Numbered from the stretch's first letter, positions 19,688 to 29,715 are shown. The stretch: DNA of 64,000 nt from an uncultured Clostridia bacterium (GCA_934271275.1 CAKQRD010000002.1:99925-163924); one strand, 5' to 3'. Numbers and translations: made by a program. Notes: a model not told the origin generated them from the letters alone.

Positions 19688-19901
19688 AAAGCTTTAATTC
19701 CTCCGTAAAATCGGCTCTGTGCCGAATGCTTTTTCATTCTACTATATTGTAAGTTTTCGGAGGGGTTTTGTCAAGCTAAATTTTGCCGTTTTCTTTGTAT
19801 CTGAAAAGGTTTTTTCGTTTTTACGCATACAAAAAAAGCGCGGGCGAGAAAGTAATCTTTCTCGCCCGCGCTTTACTCTTATCGTCGCGCCGATAAAATT
19901 A

Positions 19902-21842
19902 TTATTTCTTCTCCTCTTCGCCGCCGAGGACGAATACGTTGACCTTTTTAAGAGTCGGGTTATCATCCGCGTTCATTTCGTATTCACTTTCTAAGTTTTC
20001 GACAACGTTTTCGTAAAATTCGCTTTCGACGTACAGATTTTCCGTTAATCTCAAAATCGTCCTGAATTCTTCCCATTCGCGACTAACGCGCTGATAAACG
20101 TCGGGATTCTCGGTTTTATAAGCGTAAAAATTAGTAACAAAGGCTTCCGTCTTTTCGTACCCGCGAAGCTTTGCGTACTCGAAATAAGCCTCTTTTTTCG
20201 GAACTTCCTGCGGAATACGTTCGTCTACCTTTGCCCAGTATTCGTTATACGGCTCGTATGTTTCGTCGGGACATTCGTAAGTATATTCACGTCCGAACAC
20301 AGCGACTTGCACGCTGCAATTATCGTTTATATAAAGATTTTCTATCGAACCGAGTTCCTTATAAATACCGTCTTCGTAAAACGGCAACGTTCCGAATACT
20401 ATACTTATATCGCCCGTTTCGCTCTTGCCGGTATACGCGGTTAAATCCAGCGTTTCCATAGCCGAGGTTACGATTATTTTTCCCGCTATCTTTTTCACCG
20501 TTTTCGGCAATACGAAATTTTTAACTTTGGTAAAAGACGTTAAAAAATATCTCGTCTTGTTATAAACGTGATCCTTGCCCGCAAAATACTCGTCGTCCTC
20601 GCCTATCTGCGTAAGCGCGCCGTTATCGGGATCTTCAAAAACGATTTCCTCTAAATATTGCGGATAGCAAAGCGCGGAATCGCCTATTTTCTTGACGTGC
20701 TTCGGTATAATCAGCTTTTTCGTTGCGGGAACGGAATATTTGCCGAGAACGGTAACGCCTTCGGGAACTGTATAGCTGTCTCTGACGGACACCGAGGGCA
20801 TATCGCCTATATAGTCGTTGACGAACGTATTATCCCTCTGCTTCGCCACGATAGCCACAGCGTCCTTTTCCACGAGCGTTTCGCCTTTCGTAAGACTTTT
20901 TGCCGTCAGGTACTTATCGCCCGTATAGCCCATAGTATCGGTCATAAACGGAATTATGCAGGCTTTGGCAAAACCGAAGTCCTTTTCCTCCACGACGTAA
21001 TTATGCCCGTCGAAGGTAGCGAAAGAAAATTCTTTAAGCAACAATCTGAAATCGGAAAGTTCGAGTTTGGAAAAGTCGTAACTGCCCTTTTCTTCAAATT
21101 TCGCGTCCACTATGTATTTTTCGCTGTCGTAATATACGAAACGCATCTGATACTCGTTGCCGTACCTCTGATAATGCGCGAGCGTAAAGTCGAACTTGCC
21201 GTTCTCGTATTCTTTGAAAAACATATTCACGCAACTTTCGTTCTCTTCTCCATAGCTTACCGCGTCTACGCACGACGAACCGAGAAATTCGTACCCGCCG
21301 TCCTTTTCGGTCACGCGGACGTGCATATACGAATCGCCTTCTATAAAGCTGTACGTTTTGCCGAAGCTCCCGTCGCCCATAACCTCCGCTACGGACTTTG
21401 CAAGAACGGCTATATTAAGCCCCTGATAAAGCGCGCTGCTCGTCGCTTTGTATCTTTCCCGCGCGTCAAGCTCCACGTCTTTAAGATCGTCGCCGATATG
21501 TGCTTTAAGCGCGGTAAAGAGAGGCGCGGTGACGGACGCAGGGCGATCCGAATAAACGCTTACCCCGCTTTTTGCCGCGACGGCAGACCGCATTGCCTGC
21601 GCACCCCGAACGCCCTGTGCGCTTTGCTCGGAAGCCGCCGAAGAGTCGGAAGAAGCGGCTTTTTTGGTGTAGCCGGCAGATTCAAACGTGCCTTCCACGA
21701 CCTCGGACATTATGCCGACCTTCTCGAACGTTCTTTTACTTCCGCCGAGACCGCCCAAAATACTGCACGCGGAAAGCGTAAACGCCGAAATCGCAAGGCA
21801 CGCCGCCGCGGTTATCGCTAAAAATTTCTTTCTTGTTTTCAT
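19902..21842 (-). CDS. Large secreted lipoprotein of unknown function.
   Basis: Signal peptide with lipobox (AFTLSAC at about residue 26); 646 aa; no recognisable enzymatic motif. Confidence 0.55.
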   Translation of the reverse strand: MKTRKKFLAITAAACLAISAFTLSACSILGGLGGSKRTFEKVGIMSEVVEGTFESAGYTKKAASSDSSAASEQSAQGVRGAQAMRSAVAAKSGVSVYSDRPASVTAPLFTALKAHIGDDLKDVELDARERYKATSSALYQGLNIAVLAKSVAEVMGDGSFGKTYSFIEGDSYMHVRVTEKDGGYEFLGSSCVDAVSYGEENESCVNMFFKEYENGKFDFTLAHYQRYGNEYQMRFVYYDSEKYIVDAKFEEKGSYDFSKLELSDFRLLLKEFSFATFDGHNYVVEEKDFGFAKACIIPFMTDTMGYTGDKYLTAKSLTKGETLVEKDAVAIVAKQRDNTFVNDYIGDMPSVSVRDSYTVPEGVTVLGKYSVPATKKLIIPKHVKKIGDSALCYPQYLEEIVFEDPDNGALTQIGEDDEYFAGKDHVYNKTRYFLTSFTKVKNFVLPKTVKKIAGKIIVTSAMETLDLTAYTGKSETGDISIVFGTLPFYEDGIYKELGSIENLYINDNCSVQVAVFGREYTYECPDETYEPYNEYWAKVDERIPQEVPKKEAYFEYAKLRGYEKTEAFVTNFYAYKTENPDVYQRVSREWEEFRTILRLTENLYVESEFYENVVENLESEYEMNADDNPTLKKVNVFVLGGEEEKK

Positions 21843-21917
21843 ATTTTTTCCCCGTCTGACAAACCTTAAAAGCGACTCCGAAAAAATATCTTTCGGAGCC
21901 GCTTCTCGGATTATTGA

Positions 21918-22931
21918 TTATTTTTTAAGGCACTCTTCGACCGCGACCGCGCAAGCGACGGTTGCGCCTACCATCGGGTTGTTTCCCATACCGATAAGTC
22001 CCATCATCTCTACGTGAGCGGGAACGGACGAAGAGCCCGCGAACTGCGCGTCGGAGTGCATTCTGCCCATCGTGTCGGTCATACCGTAAGAAGAAGGTCC
22101 TGCAGCCATATTGTCGGGGTGGAGCGTTCTGCCCGTGCCGCCGCCAGATGCAACGGAGAAATACTTCTTGCCGTTTTCTACGCACCATTTTTTATAAGTG
22201 CCTGCAACGGGGTGCTGGAATCTCGTCGGGTTGGTGGAGTTGCCCGTTATGGATACGCCTACGTTTTCGAGCTTCATTATAGCCACGCCTTCGGGAACGT
22301 TGTCCGCTCCGTAGCATTTTACGTTAGCTCTCGCGCCCTTGGAGAACGCGATTTCCTTTACTACCTTAACCTCTTCTTTATAAGGATCGAAGGTGGTTTC
22401 TACGTAAGTGAAGCCGTTGATTCTGGAAATGATATACGCCGCGTCCTTGCCGAGACCGTTGAGGATAACGCGGAGGGGTTTTACCCTTACTTTGTTTGCG
22501 TTAAGCGCGATTTTGATTGCGCCCTCCGCCGCCGCAAAGGATTCGTGTCCCGCAAGGAAGCAGAAACACTCGGTTTCTTCTGAAAGAAGCATTTTGCCGA
22601 GGTTGCCGTGACCTAAACCGACCTTTCTGTTTTCCGCAACCGAACCGGGGATACAGAAAGACTGCAAACCGACGCCGATATTCGCCGCCGCGGTAGCCGC
22701 GCTCTTGTCGCCCGTCTTTTCCGCCGCCTTTATGGCGATTGCAGAACCCACGGTGTACGCCCATTTAGCGTTTTCAAAACAAATCGGCTGGGTTTCCTGC
22801 GTTATGGTATAAGGGGAAATGCCCTTTTCTTCGCAAATTTTCTGACATTCGTCTATGGACGAAATGCCGTATTCTTTAAGAGTGGCGAGGATTTTCGCTT
22901 CTCTTCTTTCGTAACCTTCAAACTGAGCCAT
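21918..22931 (-). CDS. GGGtGRT-family protein (conserved protein of unknown function).
   Basis: Contains the signature SGGGTGRT near the C-terminal third; 337 aa; directly downstream of a NifU-like gene. Confidence 0.65.
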   Translation of the reverse strand: MAQFEGYERREAKILATLKEYGISSIDECQKICEEKGISPYTITQETQPICFENAKWAYTVGSAIAIKAAEKTGDKSAATAAANIGVGLQSFCIPGSVAENRKVGLGHGNLGKMLLSEETECFCFLAGHESFAAAEGAIKIALNANKVRVKPLRVILNGLGKDAAYIISRINGFTYVETTFDPYKEEVKVVKEIAFSKGARANVKCYGADNVPEGVAIMKLENVGVSITGNSTNPTRFQHPVAGTYKKWCVENGKKYFSVASGGGTGRTLHPDNMAAGPSSYGMTDTMGRMHSDAQFAGSSSVPAHVEMMGLIGMGNNPMVGATVACAVAVEECLKK

Positions 22932-22945
22932 AGTTCAACACCTCC

Positions 22946-23647
22946 TTACTCTTTGCGCGGGTCGATGTATTTGACCGCGCCGTCTTCTTTCTTAAAGCGA
23001 CCGTAAGTGCCTTTCGCCTTTTCGTAAGCTTCGTTAGGCTCCATGCCCTTCTTTATAAAGTCGGTCATCTTGCCGAGCGATACGAACTCGTAGCCGATTA
23101 CTTCGTCGTTCTCGTCGAGAGCCATTCTCGTGCAGTAACCTTCGGTCATTTCAAGGTATCTTACGCCCTTCGCTTTCGTGCCGTACATAGTGCCGACCAT
23201 AGAACGCGCGCCCTTGCCGAGATCTTCCATACCCGCGCCGATTACAAGACCGTCTTCGGAGAACGCGGACTGCGAACGACCGTATACTATCTGTAAAAAG
23301 AGTTCGCGCATCGCGGTGTTTATAGCGTCGCAGACAAGGTCTGTGTTAAGAGCTTCCAGAATGGTTTTGCCGGGGAGAATTTCCGCCGCCATAGCCGCCG
23401 AATGAGTCATTCCCGAACAGCCTATGGTTTCTACCAAAGCTTCCTCTATAATGCCGTTTTTAACGTTCAACGACAATTTGCACGCGCCCTGTTGGGGTGC
23501 GCACCAGCCTACGCCGTGCGTATAAGCGGAAATATCTTTTATTTCCTTTGCTTCTACCCATTTGCCCTCTTCGGGAATGGGAGCAGGTCCGTGGTGCGGA
23601 CCTTTCGCTACGCAGCACATTTCTTTTACTTCTGCCGAATACTGCAT
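22946..23647 (-). CDS. NifU/IscU-like Fe-S scaffold-domain protein with a C-terminal extension.
   Basis: ETIGCSGMTHSAAMAAEILPGKTILEALNTD aligns to the IscU C-terminal motif (GCGSAIASSS...KGKTLEEA). Upstream Cys are at WCAPQQGAC. Confidence 0.6.
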   Translation of the reverse strand: MQYSAEVKEMCCVAKGPHHGPAPIPEEGKWVEAKEIKDISAYTHGVGWCAPQQGACKLSLNVKNGIIEEALVETIGCSGMTHSAAMAAEILPGKTILEALNTDLVCDAINTAMRELFLQIVYGRSQSAFSEDGLVIGAGMEDLGKGARSMVGTMYGTKAKGVRYLEMTEGYCTRMALDENDEVIGYEFVSLGKMTDFIKKGMEPNEAYEKAKGTYGRFKKEDGAVKYIDPRKE

Positions 23648-23815
23648 AAAAATATGCCCTCCATAAAATTTCGTAATGTATTAACTACGGTTTCAGTATA
23701 CCACATTTCGTTTGCGATTGACAATCGTTTTTTAATGTTTTTAACCGCGTTTTTCGAGATTTTTCGTCTAACTATCTCGTGCGGTTTTATTTTATCGTTC
23801 ATTGCGAAGTCCGTT

Positions 23816-24796
23816 TTACGGCTTCGCTTCCGACTTTTTTTCGAGGCTTCTTTTATAATAGAAAAGGTATTGCTGAAAATAACCCGCGTTTTTTCCGAAC
23901 CTGTTCACAAAGTACTCAGAAATCTTTTTTCTGTCCGAAAGCGTTCCGCCGAAATCTTCTTTATAAACCTTCTCTATCCAGGTATCCACGGGAAAGCCGT
24001 CCGCACGATGAAAACCGAACAGCACGGCGCAGTCCGCGACCTTAGGACCTACCCCCTTAATCGAAACGAGTTCTTTGCGAAGCTCTTCGGTAGAAAGTTC
24101 CGACAACGCGGCAACCGAAAAACCGTCCGCAATTTTTTCCGCAAGACATTTAACGTACCCTGCGCGGTATCCGAGTCCCGCTTCCTTAAAAAAACTTTCC
24201 GGCATTTCGGCAAGAGTTTCCGCGCTCGGAAACGCGCGATATTTAAGCCCGTTTTTTCCGAAACGCTCGCCGTAAAACACTTTTTCCTCTCCCGCTCCCG
24301 CGCAAAGCTTTTCTATTATTCCCTTTATTCTCGGAATATTGTTATTTTGCGAAACGATAAAAGAAAAAAGGGCTTCCTCTGGATTCTGGTTTAATATTCT
24401 TACGCCCTTACCGAGATTTGCCGCCGTTTTAAGCACGGGAACTCCGGAACTTAACGCCGCCGAAACGATTCCCGCGTAATCCCTTTCAAGGTCGAAAAAA
24501 TTATAAAAATATTCTTCGTCGCCAGCCGCACACTCGATAACCGTTTTATCTTTTTCGCAATAGCAAAACGCGCATTTATCAGCCGAAAAAACGAGATAAC
24601 CGCAACCGAAATCGTCGCCGCCGTTTGTTCCGCCCGCCGCCGCGGCGGTTGGCGGGCAAACCGCTCCGCCGAGCTTTGCCGCACCGTCGCCGTAATCTCC
24701 GCCCGTTTCTCGGAATCGGAAAATCTGCCCGCAACAAAGCGTGTCTTTGATATCGAAATATTCTTTATCGAACGTTATTTTAACCGTTTTTTCCAT
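23816..24796 (-). CDS. ogg: 8-oxoguanine DNA glycosylase / HhH-GPD family DNA glycosylase.
   Basis: OGG N-terminal motif TLCCGQIFRF; HhH-GPD helix-hairpin-helix (IKGVGPKVADCAVLFGF) with a catalytic Asp. A Gly/Ala-rich insertion (GGAVCPPTAAAAGGTNGGDD) is present. Confidence 0.7.
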   Translation of the reverse strand: MEKTVKITFDKEYFDIKDTLCCGQIFRFRETGGDYGDGAAKLGGAVCPPTAAAAGGTNGGDDFGCGYLVFSADKCAFCYCEKDKTVIECAAGDEEYFYNFFDLERDYAGIVSAALSSGVPVLKTAANLGKGVRILNQNPEEALFSFIVSQNNNIPRIKGIIEKLCAGAGEEKVFYGERFGKNGLKYRAFPSAETLAEMPESFFKEAGLGYRAGYVKCLAEKIADGFSVAALSELSTEELRKELVSIKGVGPKVADCAVLFGFHRADGFPVDTWIEKVYKEDFGGTLSDRKKISEYFVNRFGKNAGYFQQYLFYYKRSLEKKSEAKP

Positions 24797-24899
24797 AGCG
24801 TTTCACCTTTTAAAAAGCCCGTCGCCGCTTTCGGATTTTATAAAAGCATAGCCGAAAAAGAAAAAGCGAGCCGAAAAACAGCTCGCAATCTTTCTTTAA

Positions 24900-25178
24900 T
24901 TAGTTTTCTTTGGCGTAGACGCTGACTTTCTTGTCGTCCCTGCCCATTCTTTCAAACTTAACCACGCCGTCGATAAGAGCGAAAAGCGTGTCGTCTCCGC
25001 CGATACCTACGTTGTTACCGGGGTGAATTTTCGTGCCGCGCTGACGAACTATAATGCTGCCGCCTTGTACGAACTGACCGTTAGCCGCTTTGATGCCTAA
25101 TCTTTTAGCGTTGCTGTCTCTGCCGTTTTTGGTGCTGCCGCCACCTTTGTGGTGAGCAAATAATCTGAATAATATCAT
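24900..25178 (-). CDS. rpmA: 50S ribosomal protein L27 with a Firmicutes-type N-terminal propeptide.
   Basis: MILFRLF|[15 protein letters not shown]...; a strong RBS (aaggagg) lies upstream. Confidence 0.9.
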   Translation of the reverse strand: MILFRLFAHHKGGGSTKNGRDSNAKRLGIKAANGQFVQGGSIIVRQRGTKIHPGNNVGIGGDDTLFALIDGVVKFERMGRDDKKVSVYAKEN

Positions 25179-25196
25179 ATATAATTGCCTCCTTTC

Positions 25197-25505
25197 TTAT
25201 TTCGCGACGATCTCGGTGATCTTAACCGCGGTGAAAGGTTGTCTGTGTCCCTGTTTCTTCCTTTCGTTCTTCTTGGCTTTGTACTTGAAGACGACTATCT
25301 TCTTGTCTTTGCCCTGTTCTACGATTTCGCCTACGGCCTTAAAAGCTTTGGCTTCCTCCGCAACCTTAACTCCGTTTTCGTCCGACACCATTAAAACGCC
25401 GAATTCCACTTTGTCGCCTACGTTTCCCGAAAGTTTCTCGAATCTTATGACCGAACCGACTTCCGCTTTGTACTGCTTAGAACCGTTTTCTACGATAGCG
25501 TACAT
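25197..25505 (-). CDS. rplU: 50S ribosomal protein L21.
   Basis: MYAIVENGSKQYKAEVGSVIRFEKL... The ORF-track start at 25613 is an upstream in-frame extension, so the start is placed at MYAIV. Confidence 0.88.
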   Translation of the reverse strand: MYAIVENGSKQYKAEVGSVIRFEKLSGNVGDKVEFGVLMVSDENGVKVAEEAKAFKAVGEIVEQGKDKKIVVFKYKAKKNERKKQGHRQPFTAVKITEIVAK

Positions 25506-25794
25506 ATCTTCGTTACCTCCTGTAACCCGTCTCGCCGAATTTTGATTTCGGGGCGGTGCTTTTTTGCTTCGTTCAAACAGTTTTCCCTGCCGGACTCTGC
25601 GATTTAAGCGCACTTAAAAATAACCCCATTCGAGCGGCTCATTCGGTATTCTACTAAATTTACGGCGAAATGTCAAACGATTTTGATATGTTTACGATAA
25701 CTTTTACGGCGGTTTTCATATTTTTTTCAAAGGCGGCACGAATGATTTTATTTTAAACGCGCAAACTACGCTAAAAAGCTATAAGGAGGCTTAT

Positions 25795-26232
25795 ATGGCA
25801 GACGAAAACGTAAATCGCAAAGCAGTTACGGACGTTTATAAAAACGCGCACCTCGCGCTTCAAAGTATCTCGGATATTCTTCCCGCGGTCGAAGACGAAA
25901 AACTTAAAAAGGAACTGAAAGACGAATACGACGGTTACGAAAAAATTATAGGTAAAATCTCTTCTTATCTCGCGGAAAAAAACATCGAACCCAAAGACGT
26001 GAACGTTTTTAAAAAGGCAATGATGTGGAGCAGCGTTAAAATGAAAACGCTTATCGACGATTCTAAAAACAATATCGCGGACATGATGATTAAAGGAACG
26101 GTTATGGGCATCAACGAACTTACCGCGATGAAAAACGAAAAGGAAAACTACGACGAAAATGTGGAAGGCTTTATTTCGGAACTTCTTTCTCTCGAAGAGG
26201 GCTATTACGAAAAACTGAAAAGCTTTCTGTAA
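25795..26232 (+). CDS. Hypothetical protein; helical and charged.
   Basis: 145-aa ORF with an RBS (aaggagg) 8 nt upstream; no recognisable motif. Confidence 0.45.
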   Translation: MADENVNRKAVTDVYKNAHLALQSISDILPAVEDEKLKKELKDEYDGYEKIIGKISSYLAEKNIEPKDVNVFKKAMMWSSVKMKTLIDDSKNNIADMMIKGTVMGINELTAMKNEKENYDENVEGFISELLSLEEGYYEKLKSFL

Positions 26233-26350
26233 CGAACGTGCAAAAAACCGACCTTCTTCCCCCACCGATAAATAAAGAATAATTTCTCCCCGTCACATTT
26301 AACCTTCCCGAACAATATTATAATAATAAACGAAAGACGGGATATTACTA

Positions 26351-26950
26351 ATGACGGGATTTCTTTTTATTACCGCGTTTACGGTGAGTATAGACTCGTT
26401 CGCGTGCGGCTTTTCGCTCGCCTTTAACGGGAAAGGTAAAAATAAATTTATCGTCGCGCTCGTTATCGCGCTGACGGTCTTTGCCATGTGCGCCGCCGCT
26501 AACTACGCGGCTGCCGCGCTTGCGGAAATTTTAAGCGAAAAAACAGCTTCGCTCGGCGGTCTGATTCTCGTAGGCGTGGGCGTTTTTAACCTTATTAAAC
26601 CTGCGGAAAACACGGAAACGACAAAAAAACTCAACGGTGGGAACGAGGATTTAAAAAACGAAAAATCAGATTGCGCAAAACGTGAAAAAGGAAAGCTCGT
26701 ACGGCAATCTTTACTTGCGGGTTTTGCGGTGGGGCTCGACGGCGCGGCGGCAAATCTTTCGCTCGCGATAATGGGGATAAACGGATTCTACGTCCCCGTA
26801 GTCATTGCGGTCATGCACGCCGTGATGATAGTTTTGGGCATAGTTCTTTCAAACGTGCCGTTTATAAAACGATTCGGAAAACTTAAATTTCTCCCTCCGC
26901 TCGTGCTGATACTTTTGGGACTGTATAAACTTTTGCCGCTGTTTTTATAA
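26351..26950 (+). CDS. MntP/YtaF-family (DUF204) membrane protein; putative manganese efflux or sporulation membrane protein.
   Basis: Two homologous TM halves separated by a charged loop; 199 aa. Confidence 0.55.
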   Translation: MTGFLFITAFTVSIDSFACGFSLAFNGKGKNKFIVALVIALTVFAMCAAANYAAAALAEILSEKTASLGGLILVGVGVFNLIKPAENTETTKKLNGGNEDLKNEKSDCAKREKGKLVRQSLLAGFAVGLDGAAANLSLAIMGINGFYVPVVIAVMHAVMIVLGIVLSNVPFIKRFGKLKFLPPLVLILLGLYKLLPLFL

Positions 26951-27105
26951 ACGCCTATTTATTTTCGGTTATCTTCGTCGCGATTATTTATTTCGTGACT
27001 ATATATATCAAAGTTAATATATATCGTGACTACACTAAAAAATACTTTCGGCTGGGCGCGAAAAATTTTCGCGCCCAGCCGATTTTTTATCACTTCTACC
27101 GTCTT

Positions 27106-27324
27106 CTACTTTCTAAAATCGTCGTCAATCCCCAAAAGATAATCGGAAGAAACGCCGAGCGAAAGGCTCATTTGCCTTAAAATATCGTAGCTCGGCTTCG
27201 CCTTACCTTTCAGCCACTCGCTCACCTGACTTTGTTTAACACCCACTCTTTTCGCAAATTCCGTCTGCGTCATATTGTTTATAGTAAGAAATTCCCTTAA
27301 TATTTCCGAAAAATTATAGTCCAT
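27106..27324 (-). CDS. XRE-family (Cro/C1-type HTH) transcriptional regulator.
   Basis: MTQTEFAKRVGVKQSQVSEWLKGKAKPS is a classic HTH_3 motif. Confidence 0.8.
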   Translation of the reverse strand: MDYNFSEILREFLTINNMTQTEFAKRVGVKQSQVSEWLKGKAKPSYDILRQMSLSLGVSSDYLLGIDDDFRK

Positions 27325-27334
27325 ATTTTTATAA

Positions 27335-27379
27335 TATAGAAAATTCTATATTTTCTCTTGACATATAGAATATTCTATA
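27335..27379. promoter_or_regulatory. Two near-identical palindromic operators (TATAGAAAATTCTATA and TATAGAATATTCTATA) flanking a TTGACA -35 box between the divergent XRE and lipoprotein genes.
   Basis: Palindromes at 27335-27350 and 27364-27379; TTGACA at 27356-27361. Confidence 0.5.
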
Positions 27380-27411
27380 CTATAATATGGTTAATTCAGG
27401 AGGTATTATTT

Positions 27412-27897
27412 ATGAAACACAAAAGACTATTTACTATCGGCATACTTTTTCTTATTGTTTGCGTCACCGCTTTTTCAACAGCCTGCGGAAACAACTCAAA
27501 CGCTAAAGAAGACAACCCCACAGAATTTTACGATACCGTAAAAGAAAGCGCAGACCTACTCGAAATCGTTGCTGACGAAATTTATTCTTACTGGTACGAC
27601 GCTATTTACAACAAAAAGTATTCCGGAAATATCAATTTGGCAATAGCTTATGCCCAAGCGGATAACTCGGAAAACATTGAGAAAATAAAAAGCAACGACA
27701 AGAAAATTAAAGAGCTTTATGCAAAAGCAAAAGATTGTGATTGCTCCGATGAGGTAAAAGAAGTTATGCACGCATATAACGACTTCTATTCCTTTGTTAT
27801 TGACGTCAGCGGATCTTTTAACTCATATTCGGCAGGAAATGAAACAAAAAAGAAAGCATTATCAACCGCGCTTAAAAATCTTTCTTTTGAGCTATAA
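27412..27897 (+). CDS. Small lipoprotein of unknown function.
   Basis: MKHKRLFTIGILFLIVCVTAFSTAC lipobox. The start was moved to the internal Met at 27412, which has an RBS (aggagg) upstream. Confidence 0.5.
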   Translation: MKHKRLFTIGILFLIVCVTAFSTACGNNSNAKEDNPTEFYDTVKESADLLEIVADEIYSYWYDAIYNKKYSGNINLAIAYAQADNSENIEKIKSNDKKIKELYAKAKDCDCSDEVKEVMHAYNDFYSFVIDVSGSFNSYSAGNETKKKALSTALKNLSFEL

Positions 27898-27957
27898 TAA
27901 CTCAAAAGCCTTTCGGAAAAATTGTCCGAAAGGCTTTTTTATAACCGTATTCTCTCG

Positions 27958-28755
27958 TCATTTTGTTTTCAAAATACGCCTGATTATTTTAAGTTGCAGT
28001 CCTTTCGGTAGAATATTCAGCAATAAAAGAAGCGGATTGCGGTTTATGGAATATGCAAAACGCGGGGTTTTTTTATTTAAAATCTTAAAAGTTTTTTCCG
28101 CGATTTTTTCGGGAGGCACGCACTTTGCCTCCACCGTGTCCACTATTTTTTTAAACCTCGCCGCGTTATATGTATAAAGCTTCGTTGTTTGGCAAAATCG
28201 GTCGAGTGCGGAAGTGGATACCCCCAGCATATCCGTTTTCACCGCCCCCGCGCGCAATACCGATACCGATACGCCGATCAATTGCATTTCCATGGCAAGC
28301 GAAAACGCGTATTTGTCGAGCGCGGCTTTCGTTACGGCGTATATCCCCGTAAAAGGAAGCGGATTAAGTGCGGCAAGTTCGCTCGTAGTCATCACTATGC
28401 GAGCGCCGATTTTCAAAAATCCCGCAAAAATTTTGTTTACGAGTATCGCCCCGAACAAATTGATTTTGAAGATGCTTTCAAGTTGCGCCGTTTCGATTTC
28501 TATAAAAGAATCGAGCGCGTATATCCCCGCAAAATGAATTATCGCATACAGCTCCCCCGTAACCTCGTTTACGCGCCGAGCCGCCTCCGCAACGCTCGCC
28601 TCATCCGTAACGTCCGTTTCTAACCAAATAACGTTTTCTTTCGGCTCGCCCGTTTTTTTGTCGAGCGCAAACACGCAAAAGCCGTTTTTCACGAGAAGTT
28701 CTACGGTTTTTCTTCCCATTCCGCCGCTCGCACCCGTCACAACAACGTATTTCAT
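27958..28755 (-). CDS. SDR-family oxidoreductase.
   Basis: TGASGGMGRKT Rossmann motif; the YxxxK catalytic dyad region follows. Confidence 0.8.
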   Translation of the reverse strand: MKYVVVTGASGGMGRKTVELLVKNGFCVFALDKKTGEPKENVIWLETDVTDEASVAEAARRVNEVTGELYAIIHFAGIYALDSFIEIETAQLESIFKINLFGAILVNKIFAGFLKIGARIVMTTSELAALNPLPFTGIYAVTKAALDKYAFSLAMEMQLIGVSVSVLRAGAVKTDMLGVSTSALDRFCQTTKLYTYNAARFKKIVDTVEAKCVPPEKIAEKTFKILNKKTPRFAYSINRNPLLLLLNILPKGLQLKIIRRILKTK

Positions 28756-28837
28756 ATATTTTAACCACCTTTTATTTTCCGCATTGCTTAACTATTTACT
28801 TTACGATTCCGATATGCGAAGTTTGGCAGCGACAGCA

Positions 28838-29371
28838 TCACAAATCGCCGCCTTCCTTTTTGATTCTACCATAAACCAGCGATAATTCGGTATTATATCC
28901 TTTACCTCCTCCTTGCAAAGCGTAAGCCCTGTCGGCACAACCTTTCGCAGAAACGTAATCGCCGACGTCGCAATACGCCGCCGCCAGAGAAGTCAACAAA
29001 GGCGTACTTAAACAGCACCTGAACAAGCTTCTGTTTTCCATCCAGAAATCTATTGCCTTTTGCGGCTGACCGAGCGCCCTGTAACAACTTGTAATAATCG
29101 GAAAAACCGTACTGTAATAGTCTACCGAATCCGTAAATTTGTTCAATCCGAACGAAACGGCAGTCTGGCAAGTCGAGTACAATTCGGCGATTTTAAGCTC
29201 TTTTATATATTTCAACAATTCGTTTTCTCCGTAGCCTGAATAATCAACGTTTTTCAAATATTCGTTTAATATCGGACGAGAAACGATTTTCGGAATTTCT
29301 ATAAAAGAGCCGTCGTAAATTCTCCCGTTAAGATAGTAAAAAGTTTCACCTTGATAAATAATTTTTTCCAT
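28838..29371 (-). CDS. Hypothetical protein.
   Basis: 177-aa ORF with no recognisable motif. Confidence 0.35.
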   Translation of the reverse strand: MEKIIYQGETFYYLNGRIYDGSFIEIPKIVSRPILNEYLKNVDYSGYGENELLKYIKELKIAELYSTCQTAVSFGLNKFTDSVDYYSTVFPIITSCYRALGQPQKAIDFWMENRSLFRCCLSTPLLTSLAAAYCDVGDYVSAKGCADRAYALQGGGKGYNTELSLVYGRIKKEGGDL

Positions 29372-29575
29372 TCTCCCTCTATGACCTCGTTTGTTATTGT
29401 ATCATAATCAAAACGATTTTTCAATTTTTTAGTTAAAAATGTGAAAATAAAGGAAAAATCGAAATTTTTGCATACTAAAAAATCAAGGAATATTGAGGTT
29501 TTTTTTAACAGTTTTACTGCCCGATTTACTGCCCAAACTTTGCGGAAAAACGGCAAAACGCGTGTTAAAAAACGC

Positions 29576-29618
29576 GAAAAAACGCAGAAAAAACGGCAAA
29601 AATCATACGATTTTTGCC
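29576..29618 (-). terminator. Rho-independent terminator after tRNA-Ser.
   Basis: Hairpin ggcaaaaat-catacg-atttttgcc plus a T-run on the minus strand. Confidence 0.5.
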
Positions 29619-29622
29619 GTTT

Positions 29623-29715
29623 TGGCGGAGAAAGAGGGATTTGAACCCTCGCTACGGTTTAAGCCATACTACTCCCTTAGCAGGGGAGCCCCTTGAGCCA
29701 CTTGGGTATTTCTCC
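29623..29715 (-). tRNA. tRNA-Ser(GCT), class II with a long variable arm.
   Basis: Reverse complement GGAGAAATACCCAAGTGGCTCAAGGGGCTCCCCTGCTAAGGGAG...GAGGGTTCAAATCCCTCTTTCTCCGCCA. Anticodon loop CTGCTAA; encoded CCA. Confidence 0.85.

Noticed and set aside
25506-25794. Possible L21 leader RNA upstream of rplU.
   Set aside because: - It is plausible by context, since the in-frame extension of the rplU ORF suggests a long leader.
- I cannot verify the structure by eye.
- It is left as unconfirmed rather than reported as a feature.
26233-26350. Possible yybP-ykoY (Mn) riboswitch upstream of the MntP/YtaF-like gene.
   Set aside because: The region lacks the conserved GGGGAGUAG / UGACGAGGA cores, so no support was found.
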